The notes beneath the pieces are model-generated. The model saw only the letters and a program-made list of their open reading frames with translations, did not search any database and was not told where the DNA came from. Below, in pieces: positions 50,761 through 63,784 of a stretch of DNA of 64,000 bases. The first letter of the stretch is position 1. Each line of letters begins with the position of its first letter. This stretch comes from Azolla caroliniana. Lineage: Eukaryota; Plantae; Polypodiophyta. The stretch lies in the NCBI GenBank assembly GCA_043228905.1, contig JBHGNT010000004.1:8742001-8806000 (forward strand), written 5' to 3'. The position numbers were made by a program, and so were the translations under genes.

Positions 50761-52479
50761 TATATCCGATTTTAGACACATATAAATAAATAAATAATAT
50801 ATCAAAAGAATTTATCACGTGCATAGGGCAAGATTTGAACCAAGCACCTCCACGTAGATAAACCCCAACTTTACCATTGTAATAATTTATCTTTAGTGTT
50901 ATAAATATAGATTTAATACGTATAAGACCTTTATTTACACATACCTTTATTAAAAGGTAAAAATCATGTATTCTTTAGAGTGTGAATATTTTATTTAGAC
51001 GTGACATTAAAAGTGACTCATGCACATCTAGCGTGCACGAGCCCTATATTTAGGAAATGACAAAACATCACATGCACATTTAGTGTGCATGGGCACTTTA
51101 GGTGAAAAAGCATGAAGCCATGCTTAGCCTCTTCCATCTTTATATGAGGAGAAAAATATGTATATGGTTGTTGATTAATATACAAGGTTGGATCAATCTA
51201 ATATATTCGTGGGATTCACGAATTTTGCCATCTAATTGCTCTTATAATCTAAATATTGTTTTAATTACACTAAACTCGTGGGATTCACGAGATTGCTATC
51301 TTACTTCTCTTTCCACTATTCATATCTAGCCTTAAGTTGTATTCCTCTTCCTCCTAGTCTAAAACCTCAGCGGTTCCCACCCGACTCACGCAACGATCCG
51401 GAGCCGAAGGGCACGACACCGTCTCGTTTCGTTCGCTCTCGTCAGAACCGATTCCTCTGGCTTCCTCCCGGCACCCGCACCAGTTGTCAACGACCTCGCA
51501 TCGTTCCAATCCTACCGTTTATCGAAACGGCCACAGAATCTTTTAACCATGGCCTAGTCGACCGTGAGCCCTTCATCTGTCTCGAAGAGGAGACCAACCT
51601 TCTCGTGGTCAAGCACGTCGATCGACTTCACAAATAGTAGGACCTTGCTCGTATGGAGGACGGTTCGGTCTAGCGTCGAGAGTCACGTGAACCACTTTTC
51701 GAACTCCTGAAGCAAAGTTGATGTAATCCGTCCCTTGTCGGGGCTCTCGACCCAATCCATAAAGTCCTTCTTCGACAATTGTAGAGAATCATCGAAGCCG
51801 TACTTCTCGATAAACCGTGCCTCGAAGTTTGCCCAATTATGGCAATCCGCTTGCACTTCAAGCACCTCTGCATGGGTGCTCGGTGTGATGACCCGAGGGA
51901 ATCCAGACAACCATTTGTCCTCCGGAATATTCCTCATCAACATCTCGGCCCTGTAGGTCTCCAGGTAGCTTGTTACGTCTTTCCCATTAAATTGGCCTAT
52001 CTTGTCGAGCATCGTTTCTATGTCCCTATCAAGGGCGCTTGTGCCCTAGCGAGCGTTAATTAGGCGGTTACAGCCACCGCCATTGCTTCGGCAAGTTTGC
52101 TTCCTCTCAACTTCGGACTCCTCTACTACCCCTTTCACGTCGGGTTCGCCAATGATGTAGCAAGTAAGTGTTGAAACAAGCAGGACCATGGGAGTCCCAG
52201 ACCAAGGAGTCATAGGGACTAGGAAGAGCAACTGTGACGGTGTGCCTGGATGGTTATCGGAAGTGGGACATCGAGTGTATATGTTCGTGGAAGGAACCGT
52301 GTCATGCAGCTCACAGGTAGAGCGAGGAAACAGATACAAAGGGAAGAAATAAAGATGAAACTTGAAACAAGAAGAGATCGACCCGATCTATGGAAAGAAT
52401 AGATTAAGGTAAACAGAATACAACTGGGCTCGGCCGGTAGCAGAGCCGTACAATAGCTTGAAACCGGTAGTGGTTCAAA

Positions 52480-54288
52480 GTGATGTACATGGTCGGTTTT
52501 TGGTGGTTGAAGTTAATTATGAAGGGTAACAAATTTGGGTGGTTGGTATTTATGGATCGAATGTTGCAAGACATTGTACGGAACTTTGGAGATGCTAAAT
52601 CAAGTTTTGCTTCATGGGAGATCCGGTTTTTTGTTAGGGGATTTTAATATGTGTTTTGAGATGGGCCAATCTACTTCAATGCATGGCTTGATGGATGCTC
52701 TTGAATGAGAGAGGTATGGGATTTGTTTATGATGGATGTCATAAGGTATGATGCATGGACTTGGATCAATGGAAATGGTGTTGGTTATACCTTTCAATCG
52801 GCACAATATAGATAAACTTGGAGTAGACTGGATCACATTTATATTATGCATGATGATACATTCTTGCCAGAGTTTTTGACTATGCAAGTGGATCATCAGA
52901 TCATTTCCCAGTTGTTTTGGAATGCACACATCAAACTGTGGATGGTTTTGGATCTTTATTGGGGAGACAACCATTGAGATTTAATTCATCTTTTCTTGGA
53001 CATGATAAATCTAAGCATGCTATGGGACAATTGGTGGGGGAGTTTATAAGACAAGTCCTATAGCATGCTTGAAAAAGGAAGTACATGATCACAAATGTAA
53101 TTCACATAAGTTTTACCATGGGTTGCAGGCATCTCATGCTAGAATGAATGTGGTAAGTGTAGAGATTGATGGAACTTTGAATACAAACCCACAAGTGATT
53201 ATTGATAATTGTGTTAAATATTACACAAATCTTTTTGGGCAAGACTGTATTATGAATGATGACATAACACAAGGGCAATCGATGCTATTTAACTCAGTCA
53301 AGGTGAGTGATGGACAACATGACATGATCGCATTGGAGGAGGATATAAAGGAGGAGGTGGAATATGTATTATCACATCTTGCAATTGATAAAAGCCCGTG
53401 TTTGGATGGCATTACAAACGAGTTTTTTAAAGCCTTTTTACAAGAACTCAAAGCCCCTATAACAATGATATTCCAAGAAATGTGGAGTTTTGGTAAAATG
53501 CCCGATTCATGGAAAGTTGGTCTGGTTAAACTTATACCAAAAGTTGCATCTCCTATGTCTTTTGATCATTTAGCTCGTTCACTTAAATATACACTATGGA
53601 AGAAAGACACAATCCTTGGTAGGAGTTGGGTATCATGGAACAATATTTGTACCCGCAAACGGTTTGGGGGTGCTGCTTTACTCAATTTAGAAGATCATAT
53701 GGTGGCTCGAAGATTCAATCTTTTGAAAGGTATGTGCTTAGGTACCCAAACTTGGGCAGAAATAATTACTTATTTTGTGGAAAAGGTTGGTATTTACCAT
53801 GGGAAAACGAGAATTACAGCTTCGTGGTGGCATGTTGTTAATAGTACCCAACAATTTAAGTGTTTAGAATCTAGTATGGTTCAACAATTGGTGTTTTCTT
53901 GGCAGCGGTGTTTGAAATTGTTTAATTGGAGGCCTCCTGAGTGCAGAAAAGATATAAATTCATTGGCATCAGAGGTGTTGGTAGCTTCAAGGATATTACA
54001 CTGGGAGGGAAAAGAAAGGCTAAATTCACAGCTTAATCGAATGGCAAGGCTAGGTTTGGTAACTGTAGAAGATGGTATTCTAGAGTCACGTAGGAAAATG
54101 ATAGCCTTTCGGATAATCAGAAATAAGTTTCATATACCACATGGATATGAGTATATTTGGCAATCAATATTGGCATTGCCTATATTAGTTTTCCCAATTC
54201 CAGAGTTGGTAGTCGAGGACTCATAGAAAGATTGGTCATTTGGTAATGGGAAATCGATTTATGTGGTGCATACTAATGATGTGTATCA
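52480..54288 (+). mobile_element. Degenerate LINE (L1-like) ORF2 fragment with internal deletions
   Basis: GDFNMC and RLDHIY endonuclease motifs; KSPCLDGITNEFFK and WKVGLVKLIPK RT start; VSWNNICTRKRFGG downstream motif. Confidence 0.8.
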
Positions 54289-55490
54289 TGTTGGGAAATC
54301 GGTCCCTCCAGATGGTATCCGGTTATGGATCGGATGCACCTAGTGAGAACCGGAAGAGAAGACATATTTGTAAATATGTTTTGAGTGAGCCTATTGAGGC
54401 TATATTTTTAAATAGCCCTAAGTTCATATAAGTATAAATATGATTTAGGGCAATCACTTTGTAAGGTTGTTGTCATATTATTGTATGTGCATAATTGTTG
54501 TATATATATAGAGAGAGATACAGAGCGATACTCTGTTGTAACCGTCACTCGATGAAAAAACAGAGCTCGAGGTCATTGCCTCCGAGTCTCTAATTGTACC
54601 TTTCTCAAATAGTGATAATTTGGAGTCTATGGGCTCCCATGGTTTTTTCCCTGTTAGGGTTTTTCCACGTAAACAACTTGTGTATCCTCTATCGTTGTTT
54701 GTGTGCATATGCGTACCAATCTCCCTACTGACAGGAACTGGACGTTCCTTATGCGCAAGACTCTACCACAACCGAGATTCTTTTCATACACAGGAAAACA
54801 GGTAATGAAACGCGACACAAAGAAGAGAAATGGTACACAGGAGGTTTATGTGGAAAACCCCAAACTAGGGGAATAACCACGGCAGCCCACAGGCTGCAAA
54901 CTGTCACTATGTATGAATGTACAAAACAGTGAGTTCACGGAGGCAACGACCTCGGACTCACGCTCTTCGCCACAAGCGGCGGTTACAACAGAGGCAGTGA
55001 CCTCTTTCTCTCTTTCTCTCTCTCTGTACAACGTTACGCACACTAATCTCGTGTAATAACGAAAAATTGACAACCACAACTATTAGTTTGCCCTAAGTCA
55101 TATTTATACTAATATGACTTTTCGGCTATTTACAAATATAGCCACGATGGGCTCTCAGAAACATATTTACGAATATGTCTCTTCCTCCGGTTCATACCGG
55201 GTCTGCACCATCTGGCTCTCCGTAGCCGGGTACTCCTCATCCGGTTCGTACCGGGCCTGCACCATCCGGCTCTCCGTAGCCGGGTACTCCTCATCCGGTT
55301 CATACCGGGTCTGCACCATCCGGCTCTCCGTAGCCGGGCACTCCTCATCCGGTTCATACCGGGCCTGCACCATCCGGCTCTCCGTAGCCGGGTACTCCTC
55401 ATACGGTTTCGGCCTCGGCCGAGTTTGTTCATCGTCACTGATCTTCTTCCTTCCCATCCGAAGGGACCTGTTTCCCAACAAACTCCCCCT

Positions 55491-58400
55491 TCACTCCAAC
55501 ATGGGGTGTCTTACCAGCCCGATCTTCTTCCGGCATGCGTTCAACTTGTCGGGTGTCAACACTTTGGTCAACATATCTGACCCGTTCTCGGTCGTGTGGA
55601 TCTTCGTCAGTGCGAACTCCTGGTCATCTACTCTTTCCCGGATCCAGTGATACCTCCGCTGGATATGCTTCGTCCGGGAATGGTAGGCTGCATTCTTAGC
55701 AAGGTGAATGGCACTTTGACTGTCGCAGTAGAGTCGGTATTCCTGTTGCCGGATACCGAGCTCTCCGATGAAATCCTTCATCCATAATATTTCCTTGCCG
55801 GCTTCCACAGCCGCCATGTACTCCACCTTTGTGGTTGACAATGCAACCGTCTTCTGCAGCCTTGATTGCCACGAAACAGCTCCCCTACATATGTCATCAC
55901 ATATCCGGATGTAGACCGCCTGGTATCCACATCAACCGACATGTCCGAATCGGTGAAACCGTCCAGTTGGGGTTTTCCGGAGCCGAGTCGGAGACACATA
56001 TTTGAACTGCCCTTCAAATACCGGAGTATCCATTTGACCGCGTTCCAATGCTCCTTGCCGGGATTACTCATGAACCGGCTCACCACTCCGGCTGCGTATC
56101 CTATATCCGGTCGGGTACACACCATAGCGTACATCAAGCTCCCAACGGCAGAGGCATATGGAATCTTCATCATATCCGCCTTCTCTGCTTTCGTTCTCCT
56201 GTGACAGCCATAATTGCTTCATTGACCGGTCCCGAATGATGTGCATCCCCAACATCTGTCTTGCCGGACCCAAGTCTTTCATTGAGAAGGTCCGGTTTAG
56301 AGCCTTCTTCAGCATCCGTATTTTGCCTTGGTCTCGTCCGACGATCAACATGTCATCCACGTACAGGAGGAGTATCAGGAAGTCCCCTCCTTCGAACTTC
56401 TTCACAAACACGCAGTGATCGGCCTGCGTCTTGTGGTACCCTTGATCGGTCATGAAGGAGTCGAACTTCCAGTACCATTGCCGGGGAGCCTGCTTCAATC
56501 CGTACATGCTCTTCTTCAACCGACATACCAGGTGCTCCTTCCCTTTCTCCACAAATCCTTCCGGTTGCTGCATGTAGATCTCCTCTTCGAGATCGCCGTG
56601 AAGGAATGCCGTCTTCACGTCCAGTTGCTCTACCTCAAGGTCCATGCTTGCTGCTATACTCAGCACCGTCCGGATGGAGGTCATCTTTACTACCGGGGCA
56701 AATATCTCGTCGAAGTCCACGCCCTTCTTCTGCTGGAACCCCTTCACCACGATCCTGGCTTTGTATCTCGGGGGGTTTCCGGCATCTCCCGGTTTCAACT
56801 TGTACACCCACTTGTTTCGGAGTGCCCGCTTTCCTTTCGGCAACTCCACCAATTCGTATGTATGGTTCTCATGCAGGGAATCCATCTCGTCCTGCATGGC
56901 ACTTAACCATTTTCGGCTGTGGGTGTCTTCCTTCACTTCTTCGAAGCTTTCCGGCTCCCCCTCATCGGTCAGCAGAACATGCTCTACATCCGGAAATCTC
57001 CGGGGGGCCCTTCTCTCTCTGAGAGGATATCTATGTCTTCAGGTTTCGGTAACTAGATCCTCCATTTGCTCTTCATCCGAATCCGATTCGGGGTCTTGGT
57101 CGGTTCCGGTCTCAGCTTCCTCTACTTCTTCTTCTGCCGGTTCGGTATCCTCACCGTAACCGGCTGGTTCCTCGAGTGCTAACCGGTCTCTTGCCGGTTG
57201 GGTCTGCTCATCATAAAGTCTATCCTTACCGGTCGACTCAGAGTTCATTATCTTCTTCTCTGACTCCCAGTCGACGAGCGTCTTGTCCTCCATGAAGATA
57301 ATATCTCGACTCCGGAATACCTTCTTGTCGACCGGGTCCCACACTCGGTAGCCGAACTCATCGTCACCGTAACCGAGGAATATGCATGGCCAGGTCTTTG
57401 GATCTAGCTTTCCTCTCCGGTCCTTAGCTACATGCACGTACGCGAGACACCCGAACACCTTTAGATGCCGGTAGGATACTTCCTTACCGGTTCACACTCT
57501 CTGTGGCGTGTCTCCGTCCAAGGGTACTGAGGGTGATCTATTTATCATGTATGTCGCCGTCGACAGTGCCTCAGCCCAAAACTTCTTGGGTAGTTTTTCA
57601 TGCGCTAGCATACTCCGGACCCTCTCCATTATGGTCCGGTTCATCCTCTCGGCCAGTCCGTTTAGTTCCGGCGTCTTCGGCACGGTAAATTCGAGCCGGA
57701 TTCCCTTCGAGCGGCACTACTCCTCGAACTGCCCCCGGTATTCTCCTCCATTTTCTGCTCGAACCGCCTTCAGCTTCCGGCCGGTTTCTCTTTCCACTCT
57801 CGCGTGGAGCTCTTTGAAGACGGATAACACTTGATCCTTCATCTTCAGCGGTGTGGCCCACAGCTTCCGGCTATGGTCATCTATGAACGTCACGAAGTAC
57901 TGCGCTCTAGCATGGGACTTTGTGTCTACTTGACACACATCCGTATGCACCAACTCCAGTGGTGCATTACGTCTCATCGGTGGCCTTGGTCAGAAGGAGG
58001 TCCGGTTCTGCTTACCGGCCAGACAATCAGTGCACTTCTCTAAGTGCACGTTCTTCACTGGAATGAGGTTGTCGTCTGCAAGCCTCTTAATCCCCTTCTC
58101 GCTCATATGACACAACCTCTTGTGCCACAGCTCACCGGCAGTGTCGGATGCCACGTTCACTTCTTCCGGACATAACCGGGCATTCATCAGGTACAACGTG
58201 TTTACCTTCCGGGCCCGAGCCACAATCAGGCTCCCTTTGCTGAACTTCATGACACCGTTCCGGATGCTACCCGTGTAGCCTTCATTATCTAGCCGATCGG
58301 CTGATATCAGGTTCAGACGAACTTCCGGAACGTGTCGGACATCATTCAGCAGCAACTTGCATCCGGTTGGTGTTGTCAGCCACACGTCTCCTATGACGAC

Positions 58401-59430
58401 AATTCGGCATGTACCTTCGTTCCCCATCCGGACACAGCCGTGATCACCAATTGAGTAGGATGAGAAGCATTTCCGGTCCGGGGTAAGGTGGAACGATGCT
58501 CCGGAGTCTACCACCCAGGTCATCTCGTCGCCGGCAAGGTTTATCTCACACTCCTCGGTGATGAGCATCAACTCTTCTTCACTTGCCGCGATTGTCGTCG
58601 TTCCCTTCCGGTCCGTCCCCTTCCGGTCTTTACCGTTCCGGTCCGGGGTCCGCTTCGAATCGATACCGTCGGTTTCCTTGTCTTTACGGAAATGCCGACA
58701 GTTCTTTTGGAAGTGTCCCGGCTTGCCGCAATAGAAGCAGGTAGGTCTCCCCCTTGACTTTGACCGTGTCCCCGACTTCTCCCGGTTCTGGGGACTACGG
58801 TTTCTATGTCTTCCGCGTTCCGATTCGGTAAGGAGCGCTTTGGAGTCGGAGCTCATATCTTTATCTTTCCGACGCGCCTCCTCATCTAGCAAGCTCGACT
58901 TTACTCTTGCTAGGGATAACCGCTTTCCTTCCGGCCCGGCGTTGCCCAAAGTGACAACCAACGTCTCCCAGCTATCCGGGAGGGAACCGAGCAGGAGTAG
59001 CGCTAGTACCTCGTCGGCAAGAGGTACTTCCAATGACGTTGCCTGGTGGATCAGCCCCTGGAAGGCATTCATGTGCTCCGCCATGCTAGAGCCATCTTGG
59101 TACCTGATTCTTACTAGCTTCCGGAATACCGAAACCTGGTTAACAGCATTTTTGTTTTGGAACATTATGTCAATCTTCTCCCAGAGCTCATGAGCCTTGC
59201 TCTCTTCATTGAAGTTGTTCTATAGGCTCATGTCGATGAAGCACCGTACGTACGCCGTTGTCTTCATGTGCATCACCTCCCATATCGCGGCGTCGATTTT
59301 GTCCGGTCTCTTGTCCCCGAACTGAACCCGCAGCCAGAGGTCTTTAACCACGAGCATGTCCCTCATCTTCGACTTCCACACTGAATAGTTGGAGCCGGTG
59401 AGCTTGAACATGCCGCCAAACGATTCGTCT
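55491..59430 (-). pseudogene. Copia gag-pol (gag, PR, INT, RT, RNase H) with stops and frameshifts
   Basis: CFYCGKPGHFQKNC, VDSGASFH, ELVHTDVC, NGLAERMNRT, QLDVKTAFLHG, YVDDML, CDSQSAIHL, HSRTKHI. Confidence 0.95.
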
Positions 59431-59916
59431 ATTTTCTGTGTCGATTTCGCTCTGATACCACTTGACAGGAACTGGACGTTCCTTATGCGCAAGACTCGGC
59501 CACAACCGAGATTCTTTTCATACACAGGAAAACAGGTAATGAAACGCGACACAAAGAAGAGAAATGGTACACAGGAGGTTTACGTGGAAAACCCCAAACT
59601 AGGGGAAAAACCACGGCAGCGCACAGGCTGCAAACTGTCACTATGTATGAATGTACAAAACAGTGAGTTCACGGAGGCAACGACCTCGGACTCACGCTCT
59701 TCACCACAGGCGGCGGTTACAACAGAGGCCGCGACCTCTTTCTCTCTCTCTCTCTCTATACAACGTTACGCACACTAATCTCGTGTAATAACGAAAAATT
59801 GACAACAACAACTATTAGTTTGCCCTAAGTCATATTTATACTAATATGACTTTTCGGCTATTTACAAATATAGCCACGATGGGCTCTCAGAAACATATTT
59901 ACGAATATGTCTCTTC

Positions 59917-60349
59917 CTCCGGTTCATACCGGGTCTGCACCATCCGGCTCTCCGTAGCTGGGTACTCCTCATCCGGTTCGTACCGGGCCTGCACCATCCG
60001 GCTCTCCGTAGCCGGGTACTCCTCATCCGGTTCGTACCGGGTCTGCACCATCCGGCTCTCCATAGCCGGGTACTCCTCATCCGGTTCATACCGGGTCTGC
60101 ACCATCCGGCTCTCCGTAGCCGGGCACTCCTCATCCGGTTCGTACCGGGCTTGCACCATCCGGCTCTCCGTAGCCGGGTACTCCTCATCCGGTTCGTACT
60201 GGGCCTGCACCATCCGGCTCTCCGTAGCCGGGTACTCCTCATCCGGTTCATACCGGGTCTGCACCATCCGGCTCTCCGTAGCCGGGCACTCCTCATCCGG
60301 TTCATATCGGGCTTGCACCATCCGGCTCTCCGTAGCCGGGTACTCCTCA
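59917..60349. repeat. 54-bp tandem array (8 units) in Copia U3
   Basis: Unit ~CTCATCCGGTTCATACCGGGCCTGCACCATCCGGCTCTCCGTAGCCGGGTACTC; 4 units in the partner LTR and 5 in the solo LTR. Confidence 0.95.
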
Positions 60350-63042
60350 TACGGTTTAGGCCTCGGCCTATTGGCCGAGGCCGATTTTGTTCATCATCAC
60401 TGATCTTCTTCCTTCCCATCCGGAGGGACCTGTTTCCCAACACCTACTTCCCATTTTTGTGTTTGATTCTCATCAACAAGTGATTCAAGAATCGGTTGTG
60501 GCTGAGCAAAATTCCACGCTATTTCCCTCAATCTGGTATCAGAGCGAACAACACAGGAAATGGAAGAATCGTTCAGCAGCATGTTCAAGCTCACCCGCTC
60601 CAACTACTTAGTGTGGAAGTTGAAGATGAGGGATATGCTGGTGGTTAAAGATCTTTGGTTGTCGGTTCACTTCGGGGACAAGAGACTGGATAAGATCGAC
60701 ACCAAAGTGTGTGAGGTGATGCACATGAAGATGACGGCATACATCCAGTGCTTCATTGTCATGAGCCTGCACAACAAATTCAATGAAGAGACCAAGGCTC
60801 ATGAACTGTGGGAGAAGATCGACATCATGTTCCAGAACAAGAATGCCGTTAATCGGGTTTCGGTATTTTGGAAGCTAGTGAGGCTTCAGAACTAGGACGA
60901 CTCTAGTATGGCGGAGCACATGAATGCCTTCCAGGGGCTAATACACCAAGCAACCTCGCTGGAAGTACCTCTCGCCGATGAGGTACTCGCATTGCTTCTA
61001 CTCGATTCCCTCCCGGATAGCTGGGAGACGTTAGTTGTCACGTTGGGCAACGCCGGGCCGGAAGGAAAATAGTTGTCCCTCGCAAGAGTCAAGTCAAGCT
61101 TGTAAGATAAAGAAGCTCGCTGGAAGGACCAGGAGTCCGGAACCAATCCAAAGGCCTTGGTTGCGGAAGATGACCACAACCGGGGAAGGGGCCGGTATCG
61201 GAGTCCCCAAAATCGAGACAAATCAGGGACAAGGTCGAAGTCAAGCGGGAGGCCTACTTGCTTCTACTGTGGGAAGCCAGGGCACTTCCAGAAGAACTTC
61301 CAACATTTCTGGAAAGAGAAAGAAACTGGCACTACCGATTCGAAGAAGAGTTCGGACCGAAATGGTTCGGACTGAAGAGGCCCGGATTGGAAAGGAACGT
61401 CGACGATCGCGACAAGTGATGAAGAACTGATGCTCATTGCCGAGGAGAATGAGTTAAACCTTGTCGGCGACGAGACAACATGGGTTGTCGATTCCGGAGC
61501 GTCGTTCCACTTGACACCGAATCGGAAATGCTTCTCATCCTACATGAGTCACATGAGTCCGAAGGGAATGGAGAGACTTGTTGAAGACAATCTCATTCTG
61601 GTGAAGGATGCGCACCTTGAGAAGTGCACAGATTGCTTGGCCGGCAAGCAAAACTGAACCTCCTTCGGGTCAAGACCACTGATGAGACGGAATGCATCAC
61701 TGGAGTTGGTGCATGCCGATGTGTGTCAAGTGGACATGAAGTCACATGCTGGATCGCAATACTTCGTGACATTTCATACAATTGGAAGCTATAGGTCTCA
61801 CCATTGAAGAGGAAGGATTAGGTGCTATCCTTCTTCAAGGAACTCCACGTGAGAGTGGAAAGAGAAACTAGCCGGAAGCTGAAGGCAGTTCGAGTGGACA
61901 AGGGAGGAGAATATTAGGGGCAGTTCGAGGAGTATTGCCAGTTGAAGGGAACCCGACTCGAATTCACCATGCCAAAGATGCCGGAATTGAACAGACTTGC
62001 CGAACGGATGAACCGGAGTGTGATGGAGAGAGTCCAGAGCATGTTGGCACATGCAAAGTTACCCAAGAAGTTTTGGGCTGAGGCGTTGATGACGGCAACC
62101 TATGTGATAAAGAGATCACCCTTTGTACCCTTGGACAGAGACACATCGCAAAGAGTATGGACTGGTAAGGACGTGTGTTACCGGCATCTAAAGGTGTTTG
62201 GGTGTCTCACATATGTGCATGTTGCAAAGGAGAAGATAGCAAAGCTGGATCCGAAGTCCAGGCCATGCATATTCCTTGGATACGACGATGATGAGTTCGG
62301 TTAGTGGGTGTGGGATCTGGTCGACAAGAAGGTGTTCCGGAGTCGAGACATAGTCTTCATAGAAGATAGGACCATTGCCGACTGGGAGTCAGAGACGAAG
62401 GTCATGAACTCCGGATCATCCAATGAAAACCGGCTTGAGGACACAAGGACATATCCGGTTGAAAACCGGATGTTCGCCGGTAACCGGATGACACTCGACG
62501 AACCGTCTAGATACGGACAAGAAACTGAACTGACCGAAGAAGAAGAAGAAGAAGGACACATCGTAACAAGACAAGATCTTGAATTGGATTCGGATAAGCA
62601 ACAAACGAAGGAATTGATAGTCAGAAACCAAGGACGGAGATATCCTCTCCGAGAGAGAAGTGTCCCCCAGAGATTTCCTCATGCAGAGCATGTGTTGCTA
62701 ACCGATGAGGGGGAGCTGGAAAGCTTCGAAGAAGCAAAGAGAGACACCCACAGTGGCAAGTGGTTGAGTGTCATGCAGGATGAGATGGTTTCCCTGCATG
62801 AGAACGACACATATGAACTAACGGATTTGCTGAAAGGGAAGAGAGCACTCCGGAACAAGTGGGTGTACAAGCTGAAACCGGGAGATGCCGGAAATCCACC
62901 AAGGTATAAGGCCCAAATCATAGTGAAGGGCTTCCAACAGAAGAAAGGAGTGGACTTCGATAAGATCTTTGCCCCGGTAGTAAAGATGACATCCATCCGG
63001 ACGGTATTGGGCATAGCGGCAAGCATGGACCTCGAGGTAGAG

Positions 63043-63452
63043 TGTGAAATGTTACGTGCGGAAGCTATACGAAACACATAATACCCAAAGAGAAAAAAAT
63101 AGGTTTAATGGAGAGCTTAAGACACAATGTACACAGGAGAGACAGAGAGGAAAAAACACACAGAAAAACTGAATTTGAATAATGTGTAAACTCTATACAT
63201 AGGATGTGCTCAAAGAGCACTTTTATACAAGTCCATACTGACTGATAGAAGTATTGATACGTACTTCAATGCTCATAACTGAGCTCCTACACTAACTCCC
63301 AAATATATTCCTTCGCAGAATATCTATTCAACAACCTCCTGATTTACGCACCGATCTGGCTTCTTGTTGCGCACCGGTACGCACCGATCCGACCTAACCA
63401 ATCGGTCCACTTGCACAGCCGATCCGGCTAATGTTGAGCTTGTATCTCAACA
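63043..63452 (-). repeat. Probable 3' LTR of another Copia-like element
   Basis: TG...CA segment starting exactly where the RT frame breaks and followed by CTCCCCCT (PPT on minus). Confidence 0.65.
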
Positions 63453-63784
63453 CTCCCCCTCAACCTCAACTTGAGGCTCTTCTGATCCTTCGTGTCGAAT
63501 ACAAGTGTATAATGGCCGTATTCACACTGTCCCTTTGGACAGCCCAAGTTTGGGCTATTTCTGTAAATAGAATAAACGGTAGTTGCCCTAGGATAGTCAC
63601 TATATAAAGTGACTTTGTAACTTGTAGTGAAGGTCGGTTGTCATTTGTAACTATTGCTATTAAGAAATAAAACGTTTCTTTGCGCCTCTCTCTCTCTCTC
63701 TCTCTCTGTGCATCTTGTTGATTCTCATACACATGTCCTTCAACGTCACAGAAGTTGTTTGTTCTTCTGCATTGACGACCATGT

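Larger units (their letters stand above)
44887..51418 (+). mobile_element. Recent Gypsy element (B family) with protease deletion; 4-bp TSD CCGT
   Basis: 701-bp LTRs 44887-45587 and 50718-51418 differing by about five substitutions by eye; PBS 45592; PPT before 50718; CCGT on both flanks. Confidence 0.96.
31211..52155 (-). mobile_element. Degenerate Gypsy (B-related lineage) split by two nested insertions; own pieces 31211-32485, 43075-44886, 51419-52155
   Basis: RT/RH (LPQGGTNS, FLDD) 31211-32485; protease/gag 43075-44886; gag N-terminus 51419-52110; PBS ~52136-52151; coding sequence is continuous across TSDs GGGAG and CCGT. An LTR probably starts at 52156 (far end unresolved). Confidence 0.85.
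54729..60442 (-). mobile_element. Full-length Ty1/Copia element; TSD CCTAC
   Basis: LTRs 54729-55480 and 59463-60442; CCTAC on both flanks; PBS TGGTATCAGAGC (tRNA-iMet) 59449-59460; PPT AGGGGGAGTT at 55481-55490. Confidence 0.97.
54289..63042 (+). mobile_element. Older Ty1/Copia element; 5' LTR (54289-54728 + 60443-60530) split by a nested Copia; gag-pol 60560-63042 degenerate
   Basis: LTR start TGTTGGGAAA; PBS TGGTATCAGAGC at 60534; CFYCGKPGH, VDSGASFH, integrase and RT start (FAPVVKMTSIR) truncated at 63042. Confidence 0.88.

Noticed and set aside
59917-60349. Regular repeat arrays (also ~28508-28780 and ~55184-55400) as possible CRISPR arrays
   Set aside because: Contiguous 54-bp tandem units with no unique spacers, inside Copia LTRs; no cas genes.
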